Of a DNA stretch of 40,943 bases, positions 26,484-34,512 are shown piece after piece. The notes under the pieces were generated by a model. The model saw only the letters and a list, made by a program, of their open reading frames with translations, had not been told where the DNA came from and ran no database searches. The stretch's first letter is position 1, and each line of letters opens with the position of its first letter. Where the stretch lies: positions 1-40,943 of the IMG/VR virus record IMGVR_UViG_3300049811_000501, one strand, 5' to 3'. The DNA comes from a virus. Its lineage: Duplodnaviria > Caudoviricetes. Made by a program: the position numbers and the translations under genes.

Positions 26484-26716
26484 TTGGCTTAAGCCAATTC
26501 TAAATCTAAAACCTGAAACGCCTATATCTTAAGCGTTGTAGTTGCCTGCATGTCTGCTCCCAAAGCAGAGGGTCGCAGGTTCAAATCCTGTCATCCCGAT
26601 AGAGAAAACACGGTGTAGTCGGCCTTAGAGGGTTCGACTTGAGTGTTTAATATTGACCAATATTGACTAATATTGTTCAGTATTAACCAGTCGTTTAAGC
26701 CAAACTTTAAGCCAAA
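26484..26716. repeat. attP arm-type and accessory binding repeats
   Basis: TTTAAGCCAAA twice (26694, 26706); TTGGCTTAAGCCAA palindrome (26484-26497); four 10-bp TATTGACCAA-like tandem units (26651-26690). Confidence 0.65.
26553..26599 (+). other. attP core: 3' half of tRNA-Pro(UGG) with inverted anticodon loop
   Basis: TCTGC-TCCCAAA-GCAGA-GGGTC-GCAGG-TTCAAAT-CCTGT-CATCCCG-A, directly upstream of the integrase; no 5' tRNA half. Confidence 0.85.
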
Positions 26717-26914
26717 TGGGTTTATCACTAGAGACCGTCAACTCTCAACTGAGAGCCGCAGGAGTACGGGTGACAATTGCTGCTCGTGGAGATCGCCTGT
26801 CGTTGGTAGCCACCGTACCAGACCGCGCTGGTGGCAAAAAACCAAAACAGACACGGATCAGCCTGGGCTACCGCAGCAATGATCTAGGTATCAAACAGGC
26901 CAGACTGAGAGCCA
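26716..26914 (+). pseudogene. int: Tyrosine integrase, 5' fragment (interrupted by IS)
   Basis: RLSLVATVP...KQTRISLG..N..GIKQA, cyanobacterial integrase N-terminus; rejoins in frame with 28262. Confidence 0.85.
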
Positions 26915-28261
26915 ATAAACTACCCCACCGCATAGGCGGATGGGGTTTTCAGTAGCCCTGAAGAAGCATAGCTGAGCGAACAGCTAAGCAACTCCGAACC
27001 TCCAGGCGCGTTTATAGAGCGCCCCATTGCTTCAATATTTTTTGCACCGTTCAAATCCGCGTCACCCGTCCAACCGCAATGACCACAAGCAAACTTCTTC
27101 CCGCTTCTGTACGATTCACCTCTAACGGGGTGGATGTGCAAGCACTTGTGGCAAGTTTGCGAGGTGTACGCAGGATTCACCAGAATCAGCTTGACGCTGT
27201 TCTTCACCGCTTTGTAGGTCAAGAATTGGCGCAACTGGTAGAACGCCCAACTATTCGACAAACGCCGCTCTTTCTTAGAACGCGGCATTTCATTGGTACG
27301 TTCTCTGATTCCGGTCAAGTCCTCCAATGCAATCACCTGATTGTTGGTTTTCGCGTGTTGGGCGATGCGCTTAGAAATGACGTGATTGGTATGCTGTTGA
27401 AATCTTCTTTCCTTGCCCGACAACCGTTGCAAGAGTCTACGCGCTCTACGTCGCGTGGATCTTGTGCCTCTCGAAGCTTTTTGCTGGATCGAAGCTCTTA
27501 CACGAGCATGATGATTTCTGACGCTGGTTACGTCTTTACCACTGAAACTATCCCCGTCCGAAGTCACCGCAATATCGGTTCTACCCAAGTCCACACCCAG
27601 AACCCTTTTTGTTTTCTGCGGTGGTTCTGGATGCGATTCAAGCTGAATGTTCAGATAATACTCACCGTTAGCATTCAACGAGAATGTTGCTGTTTTGGGC
27701 TTCTGCCCTTTCAGCAATCCACGCTGATAGTTACCGATGTGCAGTCTGAATCGCTCCCGCTTCCCAACCATTGTGAGGCTTACCGTCCAGTCTGATTCTC
27801 GGAAACTGAACGTTCTTGCGTCATAGGTGACCGATGTGGGGCGGAATTCCTTCACGGGCTTGCCTTTCTGCTTTGCCGTCTTTCTGTTGCCAGAAACGCG
27901 ACGAATCGCATGGATGGCAAGCTGAGCAGGCAGACCGTATCGCGCTCTGACTTCCTGATAGACCAAAGATTGCATTGCAAGTTCATTGGTCAATTTTTCG
28001 GGGACTTCCTGATTCACGTACTCGCAAGCATCCGCAAACACTCGGAACGTTTCTTGCACTTTAGCAAGCTGTTCGAGTGTTACTTGGATCTTACAGGCTA
28101 CGGTCAGGACTTGTTTCACAGCTTTAATTTGTCACGTATTGATATTATAGACTACAAAGAGGTGTTTGATGTTTCCTGATTTACCCGATAAGAGATTAGG
28201 GCTTACGCCCTGTCGCTATCCCTCCCCACCGTATAGACGGATGGGGAATCCCGCGAGTTCG
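26915..28261 (-). mobile_element. IS200/IS605-family element, tnpB-only (IS1341-like), 1347 bp
   Basis: Near-identical subterminal hairpins CCCCATCCG...CGGTGGGG; target TCAA with left guide GATT; right end TTAT with guide AAAA; no target duplication. Confidence 0.9.
26920..28119 (-). CDS. tnpB: RNA-guided endonuclease TnpB
   Basis: LGVDLG, IALEDL, DADLNGAKNI (RuvC D/E/D intact); CHKC...CGHC zinc finger. Confidence 0.95.
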   Translation of the reverse strand: MKQVLTVACKIQVTLEQLAKVQETFRVFADACEYVNQEVPEKLTNELAMQSLVYQEVRARYGLPAQLAIHAIRRVSGNRKTAKQKGKPVKEFRPTSVTYDARTFSFRESDWTVSLTMVGKRERFRLHIGNYQRGLLKGQKPKTATFSLNANGEYYLNIQLESHPEPPQKTKRVLGVDLGRTDIAVTSDGDSFSGKDVTSVRNHHARVRASIQQKASRGTRSTRRRARRLLQRLSGKERRFQQHTNHVISKRIAQHAKTNNQVIALEDLTGIRERTNEMPRSKKERRLSNSWAFYQLRQFLTYKAVKNSVKLILVNPAYTSQTCHKCLHIHPVRGESYRSGKKFACGHCGWTGDADLNGAKNIEAMGRSINAPGGSELLSCSLSYASSGLLKTPSAYAVG

Positions 28262-29127
28262 TTGAACTGTGGAACCAGTTAGAGACCGGCAGGTTTTCAT
28301 GGAGTGACTGGGTAGACACCCGCCCCAGCGAAACCATTGGGGACTGGGTAGAGCGTTACAGAGCCAAGTTTGAAGCTGATCATAAATTGCCACAGTGGTA
28401 TCGAGACGACTGGCACTACATCAACAAATTACCTACAGATCAGGTATTAGACATTGAGGTACTGCGGTCTGCTATTGAAAAATACGCCCCTGCTAGCCGT
28501 GCCCGTCAAATTGCCTGTCGAATTCTATGTAAATTTGGCCAGTTTGCCGGACTCAATACTGAGGAATTGCAACCCCTAGGGCGGGGCTACCGTCACCCAA
28601 TTAAAGAGCGTAAATTACCTACAGAGGCTGAGATCGAACTAGCGATCGACGGCATACCGTCGGAACAGTGGCGGCTAGTGGCTGGCCTGATGGCAGCCTA
28701 TGGTTTGCGCGACCATGAGTGCTGGCACTGCACCGTCAAGCCAGAACCCCCCTACGAACTGTGGGTGCTGAGAGGCAAAACAGGGGAGCGGGGGCCGGTG
28801 TTCCCCCATCCGGTGCGATGGGTTGAGCGATGGCAACTATGGGAACTGAACCTGCCCGTTGTTACGGTGCCACCCATGCAGACCAATAAGATCTATGGCA
28901 CTCGCACGTCTCGACAGTTTCGACGTTACAAAATGCCATTCCCGCCCTATACCCTACGCCATGCCTACGCTGTCAGAGAAATTGAGCTAGGGTTACACCC
29001 CACGATTGGAGCGCGGTTAATGGGGCACAGCGTCACCACGCATACTGCCACCTACCAGCGATGGATCAGTGAGCGAGAAATCAGGCAGGCGTGGGAGAGG
29101 ATTAAGGATTCGCACCCTCTGGGATAA
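28262..29127 (+). pseudogene. int: Tyrosine integrase, 3' fragment (catalytic domain)
   Basis: ELWNQLETGRFSW...YGLRDHE, GKTGER, YTLRHAYA, LMGHS, HTATY; reconstructed gene is 354 aa. Confidence 0.88.
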
Positions 29128-29386
29128 TGCCATCCAAGCTCGCCTCATCGGGCACTAGTTCTGCTCCTAGGATAATCTGGGAACGATTCACCAATGCCCC
29201 ATGTAAATCGAGAATAGTGGACGTTACGTTACCCATTGGGTGCCACATGCCGTGGTATCTGAGCATTTCTTTAACGGCTGCCACAGCTTCATCTGGCCCC
29301 TCATAAATAATTTCTGACGACTCGTGCGGGTCGGTTTCATCTAAGGAAACAATCACGGGATAGTCAGTCAACTGAAACTTGATCAC
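29102..29386 (-). CDS. Small acidic protein, candidate immunity partner
   Basis: ATGA overlap with the stop codon of the HEXXH protein gene. Confidence 0.6.
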   Translation of the reverse strand: MIKFQLTDYPVIVSLDETDPHESSEIIYEGPDEAVAAVKEMLRYHGMWHPMGNVTSTILDLHGALVNRSQIILGAELVPDEASLDGIIPEGANP

Positions 29387-30297
29387 GATTGAACCTCTGG
29401 AGGACTCCCAGATCTTAACAATCCTACGACTAAATTAAAGTGATCGCGATCGCCCTGCCACAGTTTCACCATGCTACGAATGTCAGAGAAATACTGAAAC
29501 CCCACAGAGAACACCTCGGTGCTTCCCGACCGATAAACCCTACCTACATACGGATCAATGAAACTGTCTGGTAGTGCCACCTCATCAATTCCGTAATTTC
29601 TCCCAGTCAATTTACGGAGTGGTTGAGCCTGACCAGTAGCACGGTTCACCAGCCATTGCTTTGCGGCGGCTCTGGCATTATTTGATGAATACTCCAAATG
29701 ATGCGCGTATTCGTGCATTGCGACAGCCTGCATTGTCATATCCCTACGTGGTTGACCAACATCGATCAATTTTTGATCTTTCTTTGCATAGGCACGTTTA
29801 GAGCGAGCCTGAACACGCTCCAATCCGGCCTCTGAGCCATCTATGCCACCGCGAGACATCTGAATTGCTCGTCGCAATCCCTCCCTAGCATCGGCGTTAA
29901 CGGTCTTAGTGATTTTTATTTTTTCATAAATGGCTGACACCTCAGCATCAGTCAAACCAGTTGATATTAGCTGACGCTCTAAGTTTTCCATCTCAGCAAA
30001 TAACTGCTCTGGAGTTTGAGTGTTTTCTAGGCGTTTAGTCCAAACGCGCCCTCGCTCGATGATGGTGCCAAAATCACCATAGCCCCGAGGAACCTGTGCT
30101 GCCACAGATCGTCGTGCTGCCTGGGCAGCAACCCAATCAGCAGCGGTTCTATATTGACCCTCTAGAATTTTGCGACATTGACGTAAGCGTGAGATACAGG
30201 CATAGCCACAGGGAAAACCCTTCACGCAGTTTTTGCGGGTCGCTGCAAAATCATAGGTTATCGCTGGATTCGTGATCTTGACGTTGATCGTGTTCAT
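29383..30297 (-). CDS. Cys4-leader family protein C: zincin metallopeptidase C-terminus
   Basis: KNCVKGFPCGYACISRLRQCR; AMHEYAHHLE...STEVFSVG. Confidence 0.75.
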   Translation of the reverse strand: MNTINVKITNPAITYDFAATRKNCVKGFPCGYACISRLRQCRKILEGQYRTAADWVAAQAARRSVAAQVPRGYGDFGTIIERGRVWTKRLENTQTPEQLFAEMENLERQLISTGLTDAEVSAIYEKIKITKTVNADAREGLRRAIQMSRGGIDGSEAGLERVQARSKRAYAKKDQKLIDVGQPRRDMTMQAVAMHEYAHHLEYSSNNARAAAKQWLVNRATGQAQPLRKLTGRNYGIDEVALPDSFIDPYVGRVYRSGSTEVFSVGFQYFSDIRSMVKLWQGDRDHFNLVVGLLRSGSPPEVQS

Positions 30298-30734
30298 TTG
30301 CGTCTGACACTCCTATCCAGTAGCCACTGAACCAAGTTGACATCTAACTGACCACCACTGCCATAGCCTCGCAGTAGCCCCAATACCTCAATCACGCTAC
30401 TCGCCCCATTGATTTGGCCTAGTAGTTCTGGAGCAATATCTAACCCCAGATTTAGTAGGGTTTGAGGGTTTATATCATCCCCAGACACCACCCCTTGAAT
30501 TGTGCCCAACAAACCGCTGACCTCGTTAGGAATGCCGATCTGACTGGCTAGGCCACCGCCAATCACATCAAACGGGGACAGATTGTTAGCACTGGCAATA
30601 TCCCGAAAATTGAGACCACCGCCAAATTTCTGGGCGATCGCCCCCAGGCTATCCCCAGCCGCCCCTTGAATGAACGATGAAAACCCACCTGTGGCCAGAC
30701 CAGACAGACCACCAAACAGACTACCAAACATCAC
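30294..30734 (-). CDS. LysM-containing tail/baseplate protein (gpX-like), Gly-rich
   Basis: GDSLGAIAQKF.GGLNFRDIASANNL. Confidence 0.65.
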   Translation of the reverse strand: MMFGSLFGGLSGLATGGFSSFIQGAAGDSLGAIAQKFGGGLNFRDIASANNLSPFDVIGGGLASQIGIPNEVSGLLGTIQGVVSGDDINPQTLLNLGLDIAPELLGQINGASSVIEVLGLLRGYGSGGQLDVNLVQWLLDRSVRRK

Positions 30735-31519
30735 CTAAACCCCCGCGCCGGAATAAACGTCCCACCCACAAAACTCAGATCAGGGTCGTTGAGTTGGCGG
30801 GTGCGGTACTGACCTAGTGGCGTGGTGTGGTTGTTAACACTCAGGTTGATATTCCCTGACTGTGAAACCCCTAACTCAAAATTGCCTGACTCAACGGCGG
30901 GGCGATCGCTAGGTGGTAGGCGTTCAATGTTGCCCTGTAGCCAGCGGTTGGCGGCTCCATTGGCATCGGAAATTTGGCGATCAGTTAGGCTACCCGTGTC
31001 AAACTGAAACTCATCTGTTTCAGGCTCAACCAAGTCACTCTCACGAGGGATTCGTTGAAGTGTTAGGTTCATGCCCTGAATCCCTGCTGGTAGACCATTG
31101 AGCCACTGAATCTCAGTCCACTGCACCGACTGTAAAACCGCTGGCCCAAACCGCCGCTCACCCCAACGGAACCCTAGAATCGGTGGGCTGCCGCTGCTAG
31201 CCGTGGCCTGCATTAGTGCCTCTATACCATCCAATAGTGGCAGTAGAGATCGCCGCATACCCCATGCCGTACAGGTCAACCCCTCAATCGTCAATTGTGA
31301 CCCCTCAGAATAGTCGTATTGCATTGGTTGCACTCTAACCCCATGCACACCCGCAGGCGACCACACTGCACGGCTAGAAAACGACAACTGACTAGGATTC
31401 ACGATGAACGTCCAGAGTCGCTGGCTGTCATCGTCGCTGTACTCAACCAGATGAGCCTCAGCATCAGCCGAGAACTCTGCACTAGGTAGGTTTTGTAGGG
31501 CTGTGGAGTTATACCGCAT
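30731..31519 (-). CDS. Tail tube initiator-like protein
   Basis: FIVNPSQLSFS, PPILGFRWG, LQSVQWTE; precedes the LysM gene. Confidence 0.6.
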   Translation of the reverse strand: MRYNSTALQNLPSAEFSADAEAHLVEYSDDDSQRLWTFIVNPSQLSFSSRAVWSPAGVHGVRVQPMQYDYSEGSQLTIEGLTCTAWGMRRSLLPLLDGIEALMQATASSGSPPILGFRWGERRFGPAVLQSVQWTEIQWLNGLPAGIQGMNLTLQRIPRESDLVEPETDEFQFDTGSLTDRQISDANGAANRWLQGNIERLPPSDRPAVESGNFELGVSQSGNINLSVNNHTTPLGQYRTRQLNDPDLSFVGGTFIPARGFR

Positions 31520-32051
31520 CCTCTATCTCCAGTGTGTTCTCGCGGTCTAGGGTGTCCTCTCTGAGTGTTTTCACCAGTAACTGATCAATATCAAAAACCT
31601 CCTCATAACTGAGGTTGACTGCCGCCGTGAATGGGCACTGCCAAGTTTGGCCATAGTACCAGCAGTTATCATCTAACTCCTGGAACTGGTCACGGGACAG
31701 ACTCAATGGCGATAGTCGCAGGTCTAGGTTAGCGATCGCTGTAATCGCAGGAGTCCAACCAGTGAGGGTGATCAGCAACATATCGAGGATGGCGTATATC
31801 TCACTGTGAGTACGCAGGTTCACCAACTCACAGTTGATCGCCCACTCAGTACGCCCCGTCAACTGAGATGATCCAATTTCATGCAGCGTCTGAGACACTG
31901 AGCGGCTCTGAAACCCCACCAACGCCTGATTGCGACGGGTCGGTTGTCCCAACTGCCTAGGAGTCGCCGGAAAACCAGACACCCAAACGCCCAGGGGTGA
32001 CAGTGCCCCCCCTAGGCGATTAACGATCTGGCTCTCGATTTGGGACAGCAC
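31509..32051 (-). CDS. Mu gp37-like tail terminator
   Basis: IESQIVNRL, NLRTHSEIYAILD...LTGWTP, WYYG. Confidence 0.7.
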   Translation of the reverse strand: MLSQIESQIVNRLGGALSPLGVWVSGFPATPRQLGQPTRRNQALVGFQSRSVSQTLHEIGSSQLTGRTEWAINCELVNLRTHSEIYAILDMLLITLTGWTPAITAIANLDLRLSPLSLSRDQFQELDDNCWYYGQTWQCPFTAAVNLSYEEVFDIDQLLVKTLREDTLDRENTLEIEDAV

Positions 32052-32053
32052 TG

Positions 32054-33046
32054 TTAAATCCTGACTCGGTTAACAACCGCTGCGCCACGATTGAAGAGGA
32101 TTTTATTACCATCTCCAGCGTCTAGCCCATCAAACCCAGCCATCAGAGAAATTCTCCCGCTCAAACCAGTTTCTCCCACATCGTCTAGTAGGCGACCTGT
32201 ATTTGCATTGGGCTGGTTTTGGCGATAACGATCTAGGCTCTCAGTGATTCTCTGTACCAATTGGCGGTTTTGCTCAGGTGATTGAAACCGTGCTGTAGAG
32301 GGAATAAACATTCGTAGATATTCTTCGGCCTCGCCCGCGTTAGTGATGGCCTCAAATTCCGCATTGGCTAAATCGTTGCGATTACGCGCACCAGATCCGT
32401 ATGTATAGATGCCACCACCAGATGAGCCGTATTCAGCTACCAATTCCCCCGATTCAAACTCATCTAAGCTCATTGAGCGAGTAGATTCAGCGTGGCCATT
32501 GCTGCGAAATAGAACCTGATCGTCGTCAGACGCATTTGATAGCAAATCGTCAAAATCACTCTCCTCGACAATGCGAGGTGGGTTAGAAAACCCTTGATTT
32601 TGCCGTATCAAAATACTGGTAACAGGGTCAACCTCAGCCAGACTATCGCTGCGGGGTTCAAATGGTTCACCGCGTTCCTGTGCCCATTGCTCCGCCGCCA
32701 CGTACACCTGGTCATAGGCAGTAATTACATCTGTCCAGTCGTCAGTTTCTAGGGCACGCTGTACCAAGTCTGGCAACGAGGCGTTGGAACCTCCTGGCTC
32801 TGGGGGAGTTGTGGAGGAGTTGGCCTGCACCCAATCAGCAGCGGTTCTATACTGACCCTGTAGAGGGTTGCGACACTGGCGATTACGAGCAATGCACGTC
32901 GCCCCGCAGGGGAAGCCCTTTACACAGTTTCGTTTACCAGATAAATCGATGGCGCGGGGCATCAGTGCTAGTGCCATAAGGATCGAGGCGCCAGCTTCCT
33001 CAATCTCAATCTCTGGCTGGTGAATTGATAGGTTAAAGGTCTTCAC
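32054..33046 (-). CDS. Cys4-leader family protein B: possible ADP-ribosyltransferase-like C-terminus
   Basis: RNCVKGFPCGATCIARNRQCR; VLFRS...YGSSGGGIYTY...GFDGL...ILFNR. Confidence 0.6.
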   Translation of the reverse strand: MKTFNLSIHQPEIEIEEAGASILMALALMPRAIDLSGKRNCVKGFPCGATCIARNRQCRNPLQGQYRTAADWVQANSSTTPPEPGGSNASLPDLVQRALETDDWTDVITAYDQVYVAAEQWAQERGEPFEPRSDSLAEVDPVTSILIRQNQGFSNPPRIVEESDFDDLLSNASDDDQVLFRSNGHAESTRSMSLDEFESGELVAEYGSSGGGIYTYGSGARNRNDLANAEFEAITNAGEAEEYLRMFIPSTARFQSPEQNRQLVQRITESLDRYRQNQPNANTGRLLDDVGETGLSGRISLMAGFDGLDAGDGNKILFNRGAAVVNRVRI

Positions 33047-34046
33047 TGACGGGTTCCTCTGCTACGGGTTGATAAATGATGTCCTCTGTGCCCATGCGGA
33101 ATGCCCAGCGTTTGGCCTCCGTATCGGCAAAAATGCCCACAAAATCCTCACCCTCTAATGTGAAATCCACCAGTGATTCAGGGGTTGGGGCATCGTCTAT
33201 GGAGCCTAGTGTTTCAGTGAGAGCGTTCAAAACGCTATCGGCCACTGAGTTAATGATTTCTACCAACTCAGCTTTGTTCTTCGGTTCGTTCATATTGCGT
33301 GTCTCTCCAAATGCGGGGGCTGTTTGATTATTGCGCTGGAGCCATGCAGTCAGGCGTTTGCGTCCCTGCACAACCTGCGGAACAGTAGCCATAGCCACCA
33401 CCGCCCCCTTGAATGGTATTCGCACTCCAGCCGACCCTAGCGCAGCGGCTGAACTGTTGCCGATCGCCCAACCCGCGACATCACCCGTCAGATCATCAGC
33501 GACCCGCTCTAGGAACTCCGGTTGTCGCATCTGTTGCAGCGTGGCACGAGCAGTCCGGCGTAACCGCTCGACCCGGCCAGCCTCATTAAACCCTGCCTCA
33601 CGTTCCGCAGCAGCACGGCCATTCATCACGGCACGGCGACCAGTGATAACCGCACGAACAGCCAACGCCCCAGCTAGATCACCCACCAATGCCCCAGCGT
33701 TACCGCCGATCGCCTGTCCAACCTGCGAGGCCAGAAACCCGCCGGTGTTAACAATCAAGTCATCCCTGATTGCCTCATCCTGGAGTTTTTCTTTGACCAG
33801 TTCTAGCCCCTGCCGAGCCTTGGTTTGCACCCAATTAGCCGCATCACGTTGTACCCCAGCCAGAGTGATTCGGCACTGGTTAGAGCGGGTAATACAAGTG
33901 GCACCACAGCCATAGCCCACGCTGCACCGCTTGGCAGACCTAAAGTTAACGGGTGGGGGTAACTGGGCGATCGCCCGTTGGATCGCCTCATCGAACTCAT
34001 CAATCAGCCATGACGGGTTTTCGATAGATAAGTTGACGGTCTGCAT
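33033..34046 (-). CDS. Cys4-leader family protein A: glycine-zipper region plus acidic C-terminal domain
   Basis: KRCSVGYGCGATCITRSNQCR; GGFLASQVGQAIGGNAGALVGDLAGALAV. Confidence 0.65.
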   Translation of the reverse strand: MQTVNLSIENPSWLIDEFDEAIQRAIAQLPPPVNFRSAKRCSVGYGCGATCITRSNQCRITLAGVQRDAANWVQTKARQGLELVKEKLQDEAIRDDLIVNTGGFLASQVGQAIGGNAGALVGDLAGALAVRAVITGRRAVMNGRAAAEREAGFNEAGRVERLRRTARATLQQMRQPEFLERVADDLTGDVAGWAIGNSSAAALGSAGVRIPFKGAVVAMATVPQVVQGRKRLTAWLQRNNQTAPAFGETRNMNEPKNKAELVEIINSVADSVLNALTETLGSIDDAPTPESLVDFTLEGEDFVGIFADTEAKRWAFRMGTEDIIYQPVAEEPVSEDL

Positions 34047-34080
34047 TGTTTACCTCGACTCTCGTTATTAGAATGCCCAA

Positions 34081-34503
34081 TCAGTAATCGGCGAGGGTTT
34101 CGTGGCTATAAACACGCGGTGCCGCACTGATACTAGCCAAGTGAACCTCAGAGGGAACACTACCACTAGCGTCTAACCCCAAGCTAGCCACCCCCCTAGA
34201 CAAATCCTTGAGCCAGCGGATCACGTCCTCATAGCGCCTACGAACGTCCTCACTGGCGCGGTTTTTGTCGAGTCGATAGCGGGCAATATCACAACTTGCC
34301 CACACAAGGGTGTCTGGCACACTCTCTAGGGGTAGCGTGTAGGCACGGGCTAGGTAGCTATTAATTTCAGCAGCCGCATCAGCCAGTGCTCGGTCTAGGA
34401 TGGCTAGGTTAACGGTGGTGGCTGTGGGGCTATCGATGTTTGTCAGTGCCACCGCCTCAATGCTGCCAAACGCATCAATAAAATCGTTACGGTTTGCGTA
34501 CAT
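34081..34503 (-). CDS. Mu gp36/DUF1320 head-tail adaptor
   Basis: MYA...ALADAAAEINSYL..YTLPL...CDIARYRL...RRYEDVIRWL. Confidence 0.92.
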   Translation of the reverse strand: MYANRNDFIDAFGSIEAVALTNIDSPTATTVNLAILDRALADAAAEINSYLARAYTLPLESVPDTLVWASCDIARYRLDKNRASEDVRRRYEDVIRWLKDLSRGVASLGLDASGSVPSEVHLASISAAPRVYSHETLADY

Positions 34504-34512
34504 ACGCTGCTC

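Noticed and set aside
26530-26599. Functional phage tRNA-Trp(CCA)
   Set aside because: There is no 5' acceptor strand or D-arm, position 33 would be C, and the body is tRNA-Pro-like; it is an att core
26651-26716. CRISPR array or mini-array
   Set aside because: The units are 10-12 bp tandem repeats without spacers and no cas genes are present; they fit integrase or Xis binding sites
27079-27795. 238-aa plus-strand ORF as tnpA
   Set aside because: Antisense to tnpB, with no HUH/Y1 or serine recombinase motifs
33076-33915. Plus-strand ORFs of 83 and 194 aa
   Set aside because: Antisense shadows of the 337-aa gene with no recognisable motifs
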